From positions 3,075 through 67,074 of the forward strand of contig CAZVDL010000005.1 in assembly GCA_964626365.1 (NCBI GenBank): a stretch of 64,000 nt of DNA, read 5' to 3'. This document shows, piece by piece, positions 18,279-27,956 of the stretch. How positions within the stretch are numbered: the first letter of the stretch is position 1; the number at the start of each line of letters is the position of its first letter. Source of the stretch: an uncultured Nitrososphaerota archaeon. GTDB lineage: Archaea > Thermoproteota > Methanomethylicia > Nezhaarchaeales > B40-G2. The notes below the pieces were generated by a model, which saw only the letters and a program-made list of their open reading frames with translations, ran no database searches and was not told where the DNA came from. The position numbers were made by a program, and so were the translations under genes.

Positions 18279-18755
18279 TCAGTAGACTCCTGGAATGAAC
18301 CTCCACTTAACCCTCCTCCTATACTCCTCGTACTCCCTACCAAACTTTTTGAGGAGAAGCTCCTCCTCTTTAACCGCGGTCAACACGTGCAGCGCCGCCA
18401 ACATGGATGCGACTATAAGGGCTGGCACGTTTCCAAGGCAAAGAGAGGCTCCGAAATAAACCAGCATTATCCCTAAGTAGCCTGGATGCCTAACCTTAGA
18501 GTAGATACCCGTCGTCACGAGCTTCTCAACCTCCTCGACCTTAGCGTGGGCCTGCCGGTGCTCCTTATGTGACAGGCCGTGGATGAACATGCCGACGATA
18601 AACAGTGTTACGCCCAACGCTGTAAAGATCGAGGTGAAGGGTAACGTTAAGGTCTTAGTGAGGTAACAAGGAAGGCCTACGACGATCAGTAGAAGCCACT
18701 CTATAGTAGCCCTTAGGCCGGGCTTCATTAGGAGATACCTGTCTAGCGTCCTCAT
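18279..18755 (-). CDS. Isoprenylcysteine carboxyl methyltransferase/PEMT family membrane protein
   Basis: LVTTGIYSKVRHPGYLG, EEELLLKKFGREYEEYRRRV..RFIP. Confidence 0.88.
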   Translation of the reverse strand: MRTLDRYLLMKPGLRATIEWLLLIVVGLPCYLTKTLTLPFTSIFTALGVTLFIVGMFIHGLSHKEHRQAHAKVEEVEKLVTTGIYSKVRHPGYLGIMLVYFGASLCLGNVPALIVASMLAALHVLTAVKEEELLLKKFGREYEEYRRRVKWRFIPGVY

Positions 18756-18832
18756 CTATGCGCCTTAAGGCAGGTTTAAGGTAAAATTTTTACGATCCTT
18801 GAACCTAAGGGCTCGTCAACCAAGCTTAAAGC

Positions 18833-19672
18833 TTGCTCTCTCCGCGTTTTTTAGTAGGTGGATGGTTGAGGCGTATCGTCCTGCTAGCGCTATTGTTATG
18901 CCTGACCCTGTTCGCTGCGGTATGTGTCCTTGTAAGACAACGCGAGGCTCCCAGTTTCATCGACGCTAAGCGTGCATGTAGCTTCCTTGAATCTCAGTAC
19001 GTACCCGAGGTGGGTTTACTAAGGGCCTCGGTTGAAGCTTACCCCGAAAACATAACGATATACGTAACCTCAGATAACCTGTTAGCAGTTAAAGCCTTAG
19101 AGCTCTGCAGCTCTCCTTTATCTCGAGAGGTCAAGAAGGTATTGGCTTCCAGTTATCCGAGGCTGGCTCATGGAGATGGGCTTCATGAAGTACTCCTAGG
19201 CAGGACGATAGGGGCGTTTAGGTCTCAGAGAGAGCTGCTCTTCGGCGTATTTAATGGCTACCTAGTTAAAGCTCACGTCTTTGATGGCGCGGTTATGGCC
19301 GACTGGTACGAGTACGCTGATCTAGTGGCGTATAGGGGGCTTAATGCTACATGGTCCAGCCGCTTAAAGGAGGCAGAACTTGCATGGTCAAACCTAACCA
19401 GGATGTGGGACGGCTACGGTTTTAAGGATAAAGCCTTTGACGGCAGGTATGAGTCGTATAAGCTTGCATTGGCTTATCTTCTCGCCAAAAACCTTAAGGT
19501 TGAAGACCCTATAGCAAAGAGCCTAGAGGAGGTCATGTCCAAGCTCCAAGCGGATAATGGCGGGATCTACACCCACTATGTCGCCGTAGACGGGAAGATA
19601 GTACCGGCTGGAGACGTTAACGTGGAGACAACCTCCATCTTCATAATCGCGTGCCTATCAACGAAGCACTAA
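18833..19672 (+). CDS. Membrane-anchored hypothetical protein (possible alpha/alpha-toroid fold)
   Basis: N-terminal TM helix; SDNLLA, MWDGYGF, LQADNGG and NVETTS motifs. Confidence 0.7.
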   Translation: MLSPRFLVGGWLRRIVLLALLLCLTLFAAVCVLVRQREAPSFIDAKRACSFLESQYVPEVGLLRASVEAYPENITIYVTSDNLLAVKALELCSSPLSREVKKVLASSYPRLAHGDGLHEVLLGRTIGAFRSQRELLFGVFNGYLVKAHVFDGAVMADWYEYADLVAYRGLNATWSSRLKEAELAWSNLTRMWDGYGFKDKAFDGRYESYKLALAYLLAKNLKVEDPIAKSLEEVMSKLQADNGGIYTHYVAVDGKIVPAGDVNVETTSIFIIACLSTKH

Positions 19673-19825
19673 TCGCGTTGAGATCGCTAAACCTGACGTT
19701 ACGCCGTTAGCGGTGGTCGCGCCATTAATCATCTCTTGCATCCTACAATGGTCACGCCCCTAATAATTGCGAGGAAAACTAAGGCCCTTCTCTAAGGCAG
19801 GTGGTTAAGGGGGCGTCGAGGGAGG

Positions 19826-20611
19826 TTATGGAAATTCAACCCTGTCCACGTTTGCCCCCCTCGCCTTGGCCTGTTCTAAGAGCCAGTTTAATGCGCCCTC
19901 TACCATAGCTTTAGCCTCGTTTAAGTTGGCGACTCGACAGGCTACGTGTAGTTGTATAACTGATAACCCTTCCTCGAGCCTCGGATGGGACTTTATGTAT
20001 ACCTTAGGGTATCGCCGCATGGCCTCCTCTATGTAGGGGGCTAAGGTGGCCTCATAGATCCCTGTGATCGTGGCCTCAGCTTGATAGAAGGCCTCCTTTA
20101 CCCGCTCCCTTAGCAGAGGCTCCACGTGCACCTCAAACATGGCCTTCATCTCGGCTGGCACGCCTGGTAACACGGTGATTAGCGTGGAGCCCAGCTTAAC
20201 CATGGCTCCAGGGGCGGCGCCCACAGGGTTGTAGAGTGGCTTGGCTCCACGTGGGAGGTAGGCCATCTTTTTAACTTGGGGCGCCTCGACGTGCCTGCCC
20301 ACCCTCTCCTCCAGCATTCTAAGCGCCTCTTGGTTAAGCTCAGTCTCCACGCCTAGCGCCCTAGCCACCCCCTCCATGGTCATGTCGTCGGGGGTTGGGC
20401 CTAAGCCGCCGGTCGTTATCACCAGCTCGGCTCCACGTGAAGAGGCCTCCCTGAGCGACGATGAGATTTCATCTAGGTTGTCGCCAACCACCGTGATCCT
20501 CTTTACCACTCCTCCAAGCCTAGTTACGCGGTCAGCCAGCCAGGAGGCGTTGGTGTTCACCGTCCTACCTATGAGCAGCTCGTTGCCTATAGAGACAAGC
20601 TCGACGATCAA
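19826..20611 (-). CDS. CinA-like protein (MocF-like N-terminal domain, no PncC domain)
   Basis: SIGNELLIGRTVNTNA, TTGGLGPTPDDMT, NPVGAAPG, LPGVPAEM, YIKSHP. Confidence 0.88.
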   Translation of the reverse strand: MIVELVSIGNELLIGRTVNTNASWLADRVTRLGGVVKRITVVGDNLDEISSSLREASSRGAELVITTGGLGPTPDDMTMEGVARALGVETELNQEALRMLEERVGRHVEAPQVKKMAYLPRGAKPLYNPVGAAPGAMVKLGSTLITVLPGVPAEMKAMFEVHVEPLLRERVKEAFYQAEATITGIYEATLAPYIEEAMRRYPKVYIKSHPRLEEGLSVIQLHVACRVANLNEAKAMVEGALNWLLEQAKARGANVDRVEFP

Positions 20612-20624
20612 GCTTACCGCCCCC

Positions 20625-21737
20625 CTAGAGCATAACTTCAGCTAGGTCCTCAGGTCTAATGAACCTGCTCTCCTCCACTTCAAGGGCCCTATCCACCGCC
20701 TTTAGGATCTCCTCCTTCTCGTCTGGGAGCTTGTAGCCCTCGTGGTCCTGGCTGAACACGTGCACTAGACCCATCCTCGTTTTATACGCTGGGTTACAGA
20801 AATGGTCGAAGCTGATGCGGCTGTCTACGTCGAGCTTCTCGACGAGAAGCCTTATTTCCTTAAGGTAGCCGTGGGGGGTTAGTAGCTTGAAGCGCCCCTG
20901 GACGAAGTCGTCGTAGAGCGGGGTTCCTTTACGTGGAACTAGGCTTCGGACCCTTATGTAGTGGGGGTTGATCTCGTTTAACACCTTGGCGGTGTTTAAG
21001 GCGTGCTCCCTCCACCTATCAGCTCCGCCTAGCCCAGGCATAACGTACTCGGACAGCTCAAACCCAGCCTCTATGGCCTTCCTCCCAGCCTCCACGTGTT
21101 CCTGGCTCGTAACCCCCTTGTTAACGTAGGCCAACACCTCGTCATCTCCGCTTTCAAGCCCCACGTGTAGCCTAGTTAAGCCGGAGGCCCTTAGCTCCTT
21201 CAGCTCCTCGAGGCTCTTCCTATATAGGGTCTTAGCTCTAGCGTAGGAGGTCACCCTCTCGATAGTAGGGAACTTAGCTCTCAGGTACCTTATTATTTCA
21301 CATAGCCTATCCGTCTTCATTATGAGGCTATCGGCGTCCTGTATAAACACGGTCCTACAGCCTGACCTAGCCCAGTTAAACACCAAGCTGAACCATGGGC
21401 TATAGGCCAGGGCAGGCTCGATGGCTATGAGGGTTAGGGCGAGCCTATCATTGACCTCGCCCTTAAAGCCCAACTCCTTAGATAACATCCTAAGCTCGTT
21501 CAACATAAGCTCCACGGAGTCTATATCGGCCTTGACCTCGTCCACAAACCTGATCTGGAAGGGCTTCCTATCGTAGGGCAGCCCGTAGCAGAACTTACAC
21601 TTGCTCCACGGGCAGTTCCTAGTAGCCCTAATCAACAGGGAGTGGCTGCCCCCCTCACTTGGAGGCCTTATGGGGCCTACCTCAAACTTAAGCGTAGCTA
21701 GCAGTTGAAGGGACGCCTTAACAGCCTCGCTTAACAA
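20625..21737 (-). CDS. Radical SAM protein
   Basis: IRPPSE..RATRNCPWSKCKFC (CX4CX2C), RLHVGLESGDDEVL, YVMPGLGG. Confidence 0.88.
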   Translation of the reverse strand: MLSEAVKASLQLLATLKFEVGPIRPPSEGGSHSLLIRATRNCPWSKCKFCYGLPYDRKPFQIRFVDEVKADIDSVELMLNELRMLSKELGFKGEVNDRLALTLIAIEPALAYSPWFSLVFNWARSGCRTVFIQDADSLIMKTDRLCEIIRYLRAKFPTIERVTSYARAKTLYRKSLEELKELRASGLTRLHVGLESGDDEVLAYVNKGVTSQEHVEAGRKAIEAGFELSEYVMPGLGGADRWREHALNTAKVLNEINPHYIRVRSLVPRKGTPLYDDFVQGRFKLLTPHGYLKEIRLLVEKLDVDSRISFDHFCNPAYKTRMGLVHVFSQDHEGYKLPDEKEEILKAVDRALEVEESRFIRPEDLAEVML

Positions 21738-21820
21738 CCCAAGTCACCTTAACTGGAGGTCCGCTTAGAACCTGGCGGCTAGGTATTTAAAGCATGGCGT
21801 GGCCGCCTTGCCACTTAGGC

Positions 21821-22537
21821 CTATGAACAGCTGGCGTCGCCCTCCACCGCCCTCGACCTGCTCCAAAACGAAGCTAACATCTCGGCCACCTCGTCGTCGC
21901 TTAAGTCCCGCCACTCCACGTAGGCGTCAGCCACCGCATAAACAGGCCCTCCTCTCACGTTTAAGGCCACCAATAGGTCGACTTCAGGTAACAGGAGCTC
22001 CACAGCGGAGATGGACGAAGTAGGGGCTGCGATCACTACCCTGGCGGCCTCTTTATCCTTAACCGCTCTCACCGCGGTGAGCATGGTGAAGCCTGAGGCC
22101 AGCCCATCATCAATCAACACGACCTCCCTGCCCTTAATCTGAGGCATAGGCCTGCCTCCTCTAAGCCTAGCCATCCTAGCCTCCACGCTGCGCCTAGCCT
22201 CCTCCACCTTAGCCTTGACAACCTTGCCCGGTAGCCCTAAGGCCTCGATAGCTCCCTGGTCCAGTATGACTCTTCCATCCCAAGCCACAGCTCCAAAGCC
22301 AGCCTCGGTGGTCCAGGGGTATAGCACCTTCCTAACTATGGCTAAATCAAGCTCCAGGCCTAGTTTCTCCGCCACCTTTAAGCCTATGGGTACCCCTCCG
22401 GCAGGTATAGCCAATACTAGCGAGCTACTTGAAACCAGCCTCTCTAAGGCTTCAGCTAGCTTCAGCCCAGCTTCAACCCTATCCTTAAACACGTACAACT
22501 TCTCTCTCAGCGTAGGGTCCTCCACTAGTTTGCCCAT
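21821..22537 (-). CDS. Phosphoribosyltransferase
   Basis: FKDRVEAG, LAIPAGGVP, VVLIDDGLASGFTM PRPP-binding loop. Confidence 0.9.
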   Translation of the reverse strand: MGKLVEDPTLREKLYVFKDRVEAGLKLAEALERLVSSSSLVLAIPAGGVPIGLKVAEKLGLELDLAIVRKVLYPWTTEAGFGAVAWDGRVILDQGAIEALGLPGKVVKAKVEEARRSVEARMARLRGGRPMPQIKGREVVLIDDGLASGFTMLTAVRAVKDKEAARVVIAAPTSSISAVELLLPEVDLLVALNVRGGPVYAVADAYVEWRDLSDDEVAEMLASFWSRSRAVEGDASCS

Positions 22538-22591
22538 CCTACATATTTTAGGGTGTAGCTGGAACTTAAAGGCTTGTACGTGGACCCAGCT

Positions 22592-23392
22592 TTACACTTG
22601 ATCGAAGGAGCCAGGCCGATAGCCCTCTAAGTCGAGGGCTACAAACCTATAACCTAGCTTTTTAAGCTCAGAAGCCACCTTTAAGGCCACCTTAGGCCTA
22701 GCTAAAATCTCCACGAGCCCTTGGTCGACTTCGATCCTGGCCAAGTCCCCGTGGTCCCTAACCCTCACGTGGCCACGCGCTCCCACCACCTCGACGACCA
22801 CTCTTTCGGCCTCAGCTACTTTCCTAAGCGCCTCCAAAGTCAACGTCCTCCCGTAAGGGAAGCGTGTAGCTAGACACGCGGATGAAGGCCTATAGGCTGA
22901 GGGTAGCCCCCACCGCATAGCAAGTCCTCTTACCTCTTTTCTGCCCAGCCCGGCCTCAATGAGTGGGCTGGCTATGCCCAGCTCCTTTAAGGCCTTGAGG
23001 CCCGGCCTATGCTCGGAGAAGTCGTCGACGTTGGTCCCATCAGCTACGTACTTAAGCCCAAGTTCCTCAGCTAGCTTCAAGGCCAAGGTGAACCTTAAGC
23101 GTTTACACGCATAACAGCGGTCACGCTGGTTGCCAGCTACGCTCGGGAGCTCAAGCTCGTTTAGGTCTAAGACCACGTGCTTAACCCCTATATGCTCAGC
23201 TACCCGCCTAGCCTCCTCGACTTCCCAAGGAGGGTGTAACGGCGAGTTAAAGGTGACAGCTGCACAGCGCCCCTTTAAGGCCTTGAAGGCTGCCGCGGCC
23301 ACGACGGAGCTGTCAACGCCCCCTGAGAGGGCTACGAGGAGGGAGCCCTTAGACTCGATGACTCTTAGTAGGCGCTCCTCAGCCTCCTTCAA
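22592..23392 (-). CDS. larE: LarE-family ATP-dependent sulfur transferase (Fe-S type)
   Basis: ALSGGVDSS PP-loop, RCYACK, DGTNVDD..RPG, SACLATRFPYG, VRVRDHGDLARIE. Start placed at TTG 23392, overlapping the thiI end. Confidence 0.88.
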   Translation of the reverse strand: MKEAEERLLRVIESKGSLLVALSGGVDSSVVAAAAFKALKGRCAAVTFNSPLHPPWEVEEARRVAEHIGVKHVVLDLNELELPSVAGNQRDRCYACKRLRFTLALKLAEELGLKYVADGTNVDDFSEHRPGLKALKELGIASPLIEAGLGRKEVRGLAMRWGLPSAYRPSSACLATRFPYGRTLTLEALRKVAEAERVVVEVVGARGHVRVRDHGDLARIEVDQGLVEILARPKVALKVASELKKLGYRFVALDLEGYRPGSFDQV

Positions 23393-24590
23393 CCACGAGC
23401 TCCTCAAGCCCCTCAACCTCCATGGACACCAGCCCCCCAGCGTCCACCTTGGCCTCGGCCTCCTCAACCTCCCCAAGGTCCACTCTGGTCGCTGCCCTTT
23501 TAGGCGAGGCCTTACACCCCTCCTCGGGCCTCGAGGAGATCTCGTAGGTCCCTATGCGCTGAGCAAGCCTCTCTACCTCGGCCTTATCCATGCCTAAGAG
23601 GGGCCTAAACACCGGGCACCCTTTAACCGCCGAGTCGATGACGTAGAGGTTGCTCAACGTCTGGCTGGCCTGCTCCCCTAAAATGTCCCCCGTGACTACG
23701 CCTTTAGCCCTCCTAAGCGAAGCCAGCCTACAAGCCACCCCTAACATCACCCTCTTACATAGCACGCAGGTCAACCTCTCAGGGGCGGCCTCCTTAATCC
23801 TCCTCAACGCCTCGCCGTGCCTAGCCACGTAGAACCTAAGCCTATTGCCCGGCATCCAACCAGCCAGCCTCTTAGCCAAGTCGAGCGCCTTAGCCCTCGT
23901 CTCGGGACCCGCAAAATCCTCAAGGTCGAAGTGTAGCAACGCAGGTATGCATCCTCTCCTCATGGACATCCAGGCGGCCACGGGAGAGTCTATCCCCCCG
24001 CTTATCAGGCACACTACTCTCCCCTGGCTGCCTGTCGGTAGGCCTCCTGGCCCTTCAACCTCATCCACGTACACGTAGGCGTCCCCCTCCCTGACTTCGA
24101 CGCCCACAATGATGTCAGGCCTATCCAGGTCCACCTTCACCCCTTTACCCTTAAGGGACCTTAGTATGGCCGAGCCTACGGCCTTGACCACGTCGGGGCT
24201 ACGGTAAGGGTGCTCGCCCACCCTCCTACATTTAACAGCGAAGCGTGTACCCTCTTTGAAGGTGGAGAGGGCCACCTTAACCCCAAGGTCCACGATGTCT
24301 TCAAGCTTAGAGCTTGCCTTAACGGCCGGCGAAACTGAGGAGACGCCGAAGACCTTGGCAGCCTCGTTAACCGCTGCATCAGGGTCCTCGACAGGGACAT
24401 AGATCCTGCCGAAGACGTAAGTGGGCTCGTGGCTAAACGCCCCAGCCCTCTTAAGCCTCTTAACGAGGTCCCTTAAGACTCTCCTCTCGTACCTAACCCT
24501 AACCCTGCTACTCTTAACCCCTATCTCCCCACTAAACCTGATGATTAAGTATACGGGCGCTCCAAGGCGCTTAGTCCATGTATACGACAC
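23379..24590 (-). CDS. thiI: tRNA 4-thiouridine synthase ThiI (THUMP + PP-loop, no rhodanese domain)
   Basis: GEIGVKS, GPGGLPTGSQG, LISGGIDSPVA, CVLCKR, GEQASQTLSNL, RPLLGMDK. Confidence 0.92.
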   Translation of the reverse strand: MSYTWTKRLGAPVYLIIRFSGEIGVKSSRVRVRYERRVLRDLVKRLKRAGAFSHEPTYVFGRIYVPVEDPDAAVNEAAKVFGVSSVSPAVKASSKLEDIVDLGVKVALSTFKEGTRFAVKCRRVGEHPYRSPDVVKAVGSAILRSLKGKGVKVDLDRPDIIVGVEVREGDAYVYVDEVEGPGGLPTGSQGRVVCLISGGIDSPVAAWMSMRRGCIPALLHFDLEDFAGPETRAKALDLAKRLAGWMPGNRLRFYVARHGEALRRIKEAAPERLTCVLCKRVMLGVACRLASLRRAKGVVTGDILGEQASQTLSNLYVIDSAVKGCPVFRPLLGMDKAEVERLAQRIGTYEISSRPEEGCKASPKRAATRVDLGEVEEAEAKVDAGGLVSMEVEGLEELVVEGG

Positions 24591-24619
24591 AGCGATCAGG
24601 CTTCAAGGATTTGAGCCTC

Positions 24620-25582
24620 CTAATATTCTTTGGTCAGGGCCTTCCTCACAGCTCCCTCGACGCTCCTCTTAAACGCTTCCACCCCCTCGTAGCTGCCCGT
24701 AGCCCTATAAATCAACCTGCAGAAGGCGCAGACATCGGTTGAGGTCGGCATATCACACACTGAACACTTTTTAACCTCCCCCTCTACGTGCGTGCTTAGC
24801 TTCTCCCTAAGCCTCCTGAGAAACGACAGCTTAAAGCCGGGCCTCTCGGCCTCTAGGGTGTTTAGGAACTCCTTAGCCTTGAACTCAAGCCCCTCCCTGT
24901 TAACGTAGGGACACTCCTCGTGGTGGAAGGGCAGCCCGCTAGTCAACGCGTACACTAGGGCTTCGCGCTCGCTCACCTCGAGGAGCGGCCTAAGCCTACC
25001 CACTAGGCCGTCCTTAGTCTCGCTGTGACCTACAAGCTTAGCTAGCTCCCCTTCTCCCCCCACTAGGAAGGCCTTAACCGCGTAGGCAGCGATATCGTCT
25101 AAGTTATGCCCTGTGGCTAGCCTCGAAGCGCCGGCCAGGTTAGCCGCCAAGTTCAATGTGTAGCGCTTAACGAGACCGCACACGGAGCACACAGGCCTCT
25201 TAGCCAGCTTAGCGGCCTTGTCTACACTTAACCCGAGCGCCTGTTCAAGGCCCACTAGGATTAAGGGGCGCTCAAGCTTTTCAGCCAGCGCTTCAGCGGC
25301 GCGGCAGCACTCCTCAGAGTACCCTTGAATCCCCAGGTTTAAGTGCACCAAGAGGACCCTTGTCGCCAGCTCGTTCTCTAACAGCTTCAATAAGCTAGCC
25401 GCTGAGGCGCTATCCTTACCTCCTGAGACCGCAACTAATACTAGCGAGCTTCTTGGAACCGCGTCTCTGACTACGCTGGACACCTTCCTTGCCAGGTAGC
25501 TTTCTAAGTGGTCCCTACATAGGGCCAGCTTAGCGTACCTAAGGTATATGACCGCCCTCGACCCACATCGGCTACACTTCAC
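24620..25582 (-). CDS. ttuA: tRNA 2-thiouridine synthetase TtuA/NcsA family
   Basis: N-terminal CxxC..CxxH Zn finger, VSGGKDS, CSVCGLVKRY, TGHNLDD, ECPY, C-terminal CxxC..CxxC. Confidence 0.88.
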   Translation of the reverse strand: MKCSRCGSRAVIYLRYAKLALCRDHLESYLARKVSSVVRDAVPRSSLVLVAVSGGKDSASAASLLKLLENELATRVLLVHLNLGIQGYSEECCRAAEALAEKLERPLILVGLEQALGLSVDKAAKLAKRPVCSVCGLVKRYTLNLAANLAGASRLATGHNLDDIAAYAVKAFLVGGEGELAKLVGHSETKDGLVGRLRPLLEVSEREALVYALTSGLPFHHEECPYVNREGLEFKAKEFLNTLEAERPGFKLSFLRRLREKLSTHVEGEVKKCSVCDMPTSTDVCAFCRLIYRATGSYEGVEAFKRSVEGAVRKALTKEY

Positions 25583-25794
25583 CTCAAGCCACCCGAGATA
25601 GCCTCGTAAACCTCAACCTCATCGCCGTCCATTAAGGCTTCGTCCTCAGTTAACACGACCCCCTCCCGGACAACCACGGCTGACTCCTCACTATACCCTA
25701 AAAGCCTAAGAAGGTCCCTTACCTTAGCCTTGCCCTTCAGCTCCACGTCCCTAACGGCGCCTCCAGGCCTAACCCTCACTCTAAGCCTAATCAA
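25579..25794 (-). CDS. Ubiquitin-like sulfur carrier (ThiS/MoaD/TtuB/SAMP2-like) ending SGG-LR
   Basis: Beta-grasp pattern, DGDEVEVYEAISGG plus two residues; GTGA overlap with ttuA. Confidence 0.85.
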   Translation of the reverse strand: MIRLRVRVRPGGAVRDVELKGKAKVRDLLRLLGYSEESAVVVREGVVLTEDEALMDGDEVEVYEAISGGLR

Positions 25795-25891
25795 TTTGGG
25801 GCCTCTTAGCTGACGCGTAAAGGGCTGCTTAAACGTTTACGCTCAAAGATAACCTTTTTCTTCTTCCACAGCTCTCACCCACCGAGCTAAG

Positions 25892-27283
25892 ATGTCGGTG
25901 AAGGCTGTGGAAAGCCTGTTTGAGGCCCTCTTCGCCTTAATCGACCTTAGGCAGCTGTTCAGGGAGACGAAGCCTAGCTACAGGTTTAACGAGGACCAGA
26001 GGGCTAAGGCGTTAAACAGCATTGAGAGAGCTAGACGCTGTCTAGACCTGCTTGAGGAGTTCGTCAAGGAGCCAAGGCCCTCGGACACCGAGTTTTCCAT
26101 GTACCTAGCTGATAAAGTGGAGGTTAGGGCTAGGGAGGAGCTCTTCGTCAACATCGACCCCATTCAGCCAGGAGGTAGGTTAACGGCTGAGGCTATGAAG
26201 GCGCTGATAGCCTACGGCGACGGCTACTCCACCTGCGACTGGTGCATGAAGCCCTTCAGGCTTGACACCATTAAGCGCCCCCCTCTGGCCGAGTTCCACG
26301 CCGAGCTAGCCGAGTTCCTAGGGATGGACGAGGCCAGGCTTATGCCTGGGGCTAGGAGAGCGTTCCAAGCGGTCACCTCAACTCTCCTTGAGAGAGGGGA
26401 CGTAGCGCTGGTCTCCTCGCTAGCTCATTACACCGAGGTGTTAGCAGTTGAGGAGGCTGGAGGAGTTGTCAAGGAGGTCCCGGTTAACGAGAAGAACGTG
26501 TTGACTGGCGAGGCCGTCGAGGCCAAGATAGAGGAAGTGAAGAGGGAGCTCGGTAAGCCACCTAAGCTGGTCATAGTCGACCACTTCGACTACGTGTACG
26601 GGAACGAGCACGACGTTAAAGGGGTCGTGGAGGCTGCCCACCGCTACGACGTCCCAGTGCTATGTAATGGCGCCTACTCAGTGGGCATCATGCCGGTGAA
26701 CGGGAGGGAGCTAGGCGTCGATTTCCTCGCGGGTTCAGGTCATAAGAGCTTCGCCTCCCCAGCACCCTCAGGGATCTTAGCTACCACCGAGGAGTGGGCT
26801 AAGAAGGTGTTTAGGCGCTCGAGTACGGTCTGCGACGTAACCGGCAGGCGCTTCGACAATAAGGAGGTGGAGCTGCTAGGGTGCACGTTGATGGGAGCGG
26901 TGGCCATAGCTATGATGCTGAGCTTCCCCCACGTCAAGGAGAGGGTTAAGAGGTGGGGGGAGGAGGTGGAGAGATCTAACTTCTTCGTCAAGGAGTTCAT
27001 GAAGATAGAGGGGTGTAGGATCCTAAGCGAGCTCCCAAGGAAGCACACCTTAACCTACGTAGACACCACCGAGAGCTTCGACAAAGTGGCCAGGACGCAT
27101 AGGCGTAGAGGGTACTTCCTCTTCGACGAGCTGGTTAAGCGGAGGGTTATAGGGGTGTTCCCTGGCTCCACGAGGAGGTGGAAGCTCAACGTGTACGGCT
27201 TAACGTGGGATCAGGTTAGGCACGTAGCCTGGGCCTTCAAGGACATCGCCAGGAGCTACGGGCTTAAGGTTGAGGAGTCCTAG
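25892..27283 (+). CDS. pscS: Sep-tRNA:Cys-tRNA synthase with an N-terminal SepCysN/SepCysE-like extension
   Basis: NIDPIQPGGRLT, YGDGYSTCDWC, PGARR, AHYTE, SGHKS (PLP Lys), ELLGCT; about 60-aa helical N-terminal extension (LFALIDLRQLFRE). Confidence 0.92.
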   Translation: MSVKAVESLFEALFALIDLRQLFRETKPSYRFNEDQRAKALNSIERARRCLDLLEEFVKEPRPSDTEFSMYLADKVEVRAREELFVNIDPIQPGGRLTAEAMKALIAYGDGYSTCDWCMKPFRLDTIKRPPLAEFHAELAEFLGMDEARLMPGARRAFQAVTSTLLERGDVALVSSLAHYTEVLAVEEAGGVVKEVPVNEKNVLTGEAVEAKIEEVKRELGKPPKLVIVDHFDYVYGNEHDVKGVVEAAHRYDVPVLCNGAYSVGIMPVNGRELGVDFLAGSGHKSFASPAPSGILATTEEWAKKVFRRSSTVCDVTGRRFDNKEVELLGCTLMGAVAIAMMLSFPHVKERVKRWGEEVERSNFFVKEFMKIEGCRILSELPRKHTLTYVDTTESFDKVARTHRRRGYFLFDELVKRRVIGVFPGSTRRWKLNVYGLTWDQVRHVAWAFKDIARSYGLKVEES

Positions 27284-27353
27284 TAGGCTCTAACCTTAAG
27301 TAGCTCAGCTACACGGTGGGTTAAAGGACGTTTAGGTGGGCTGAGAGGCCAAG

Positions 27354-27944
27354 GTGAATAGCTTGAAGGTGGGGGTCATAGGGAGAAAGCTGATGATGAA
27401 GGGGGAGTTCGTAGAGCTAGTACTCAAGGGTATAAAGAAGACCACGATCAGGCTTGGCCTCGTTAAGCCGAAGCATAAGGTCGTCATCCTGCACGGAGGA
27501 GGCAAGGACGTAGCTAAGGTGAGGATAACTAAGGTCGAACACAAGAGGGTTAAGGACCTTACTGAGGCTGACGCTCGGCGAGATGGTTTCAACAGCCTCG
27601 AGGACCTACTGAAGGCGCTAAAGAGGGTTTACGGTGCCATAGACCCCAACGAACCGGTCACCATAATAGGCTTCGAGGTGCTAAATCTTCTAGACGAGAA
27701 GCCCCACGACATCATATCGCCGGCCGAGGTGGCCAGGGCTACCCTAGATAGCGGCATAGAGCTCTCCAGCGAGGAGCGGAGGGTGTTGAGCGAGGTAGCT
27801 AGGAAGGGGAGCATAAGGAAGGCCGCGGTGGCCCTATACGGCGACGTGAGCAGGAGGTGGCTTGTTAGGAGGGTGTTGAGGAAGGCCTTAAAGGCCTTAG
27901 CGGAGAGAGAGTTAAAGGGCGAAGTTAAGGGCGGAGAAAGCTAG
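27354..27944 (+). CDS. ASCH domain protein with a C-terminal HTH-like region
   Basis: VLKGIKKTTIRLG, DLTEADARRDGF, then GSIRKAAVALYG..RWLVRRVL. Confidence 0.85.
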   Translation: MNSLKVGVIGRKLMMKGEFVELVLKGIKKTTIRLGLVKPKHKVVILHGGGKDVAKVRITKVEHKRVKDLTEADARRDGFNSLEDLLKALKRVYGAIDPNEPVTIIGFEVLNLLDEKPHDIISPAEVARATLDSGIELSSEERRVLSEVARKGSIRKAAVALYGDVSRRWLVRRVLRKALKALAERELKGEVKGGES

Positions 27945-27956
27945 GAGGGCCTGGCC

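Noticed and set aside
19673..19825. Fluoride-riboswitch-like or C/D-like sequence (..CGCCATTAA..TCCTAC)
   Set aside because: It lacks the conserved pairing and GCTRATGAC segment, lies between convergent genes, and has no proper D box.
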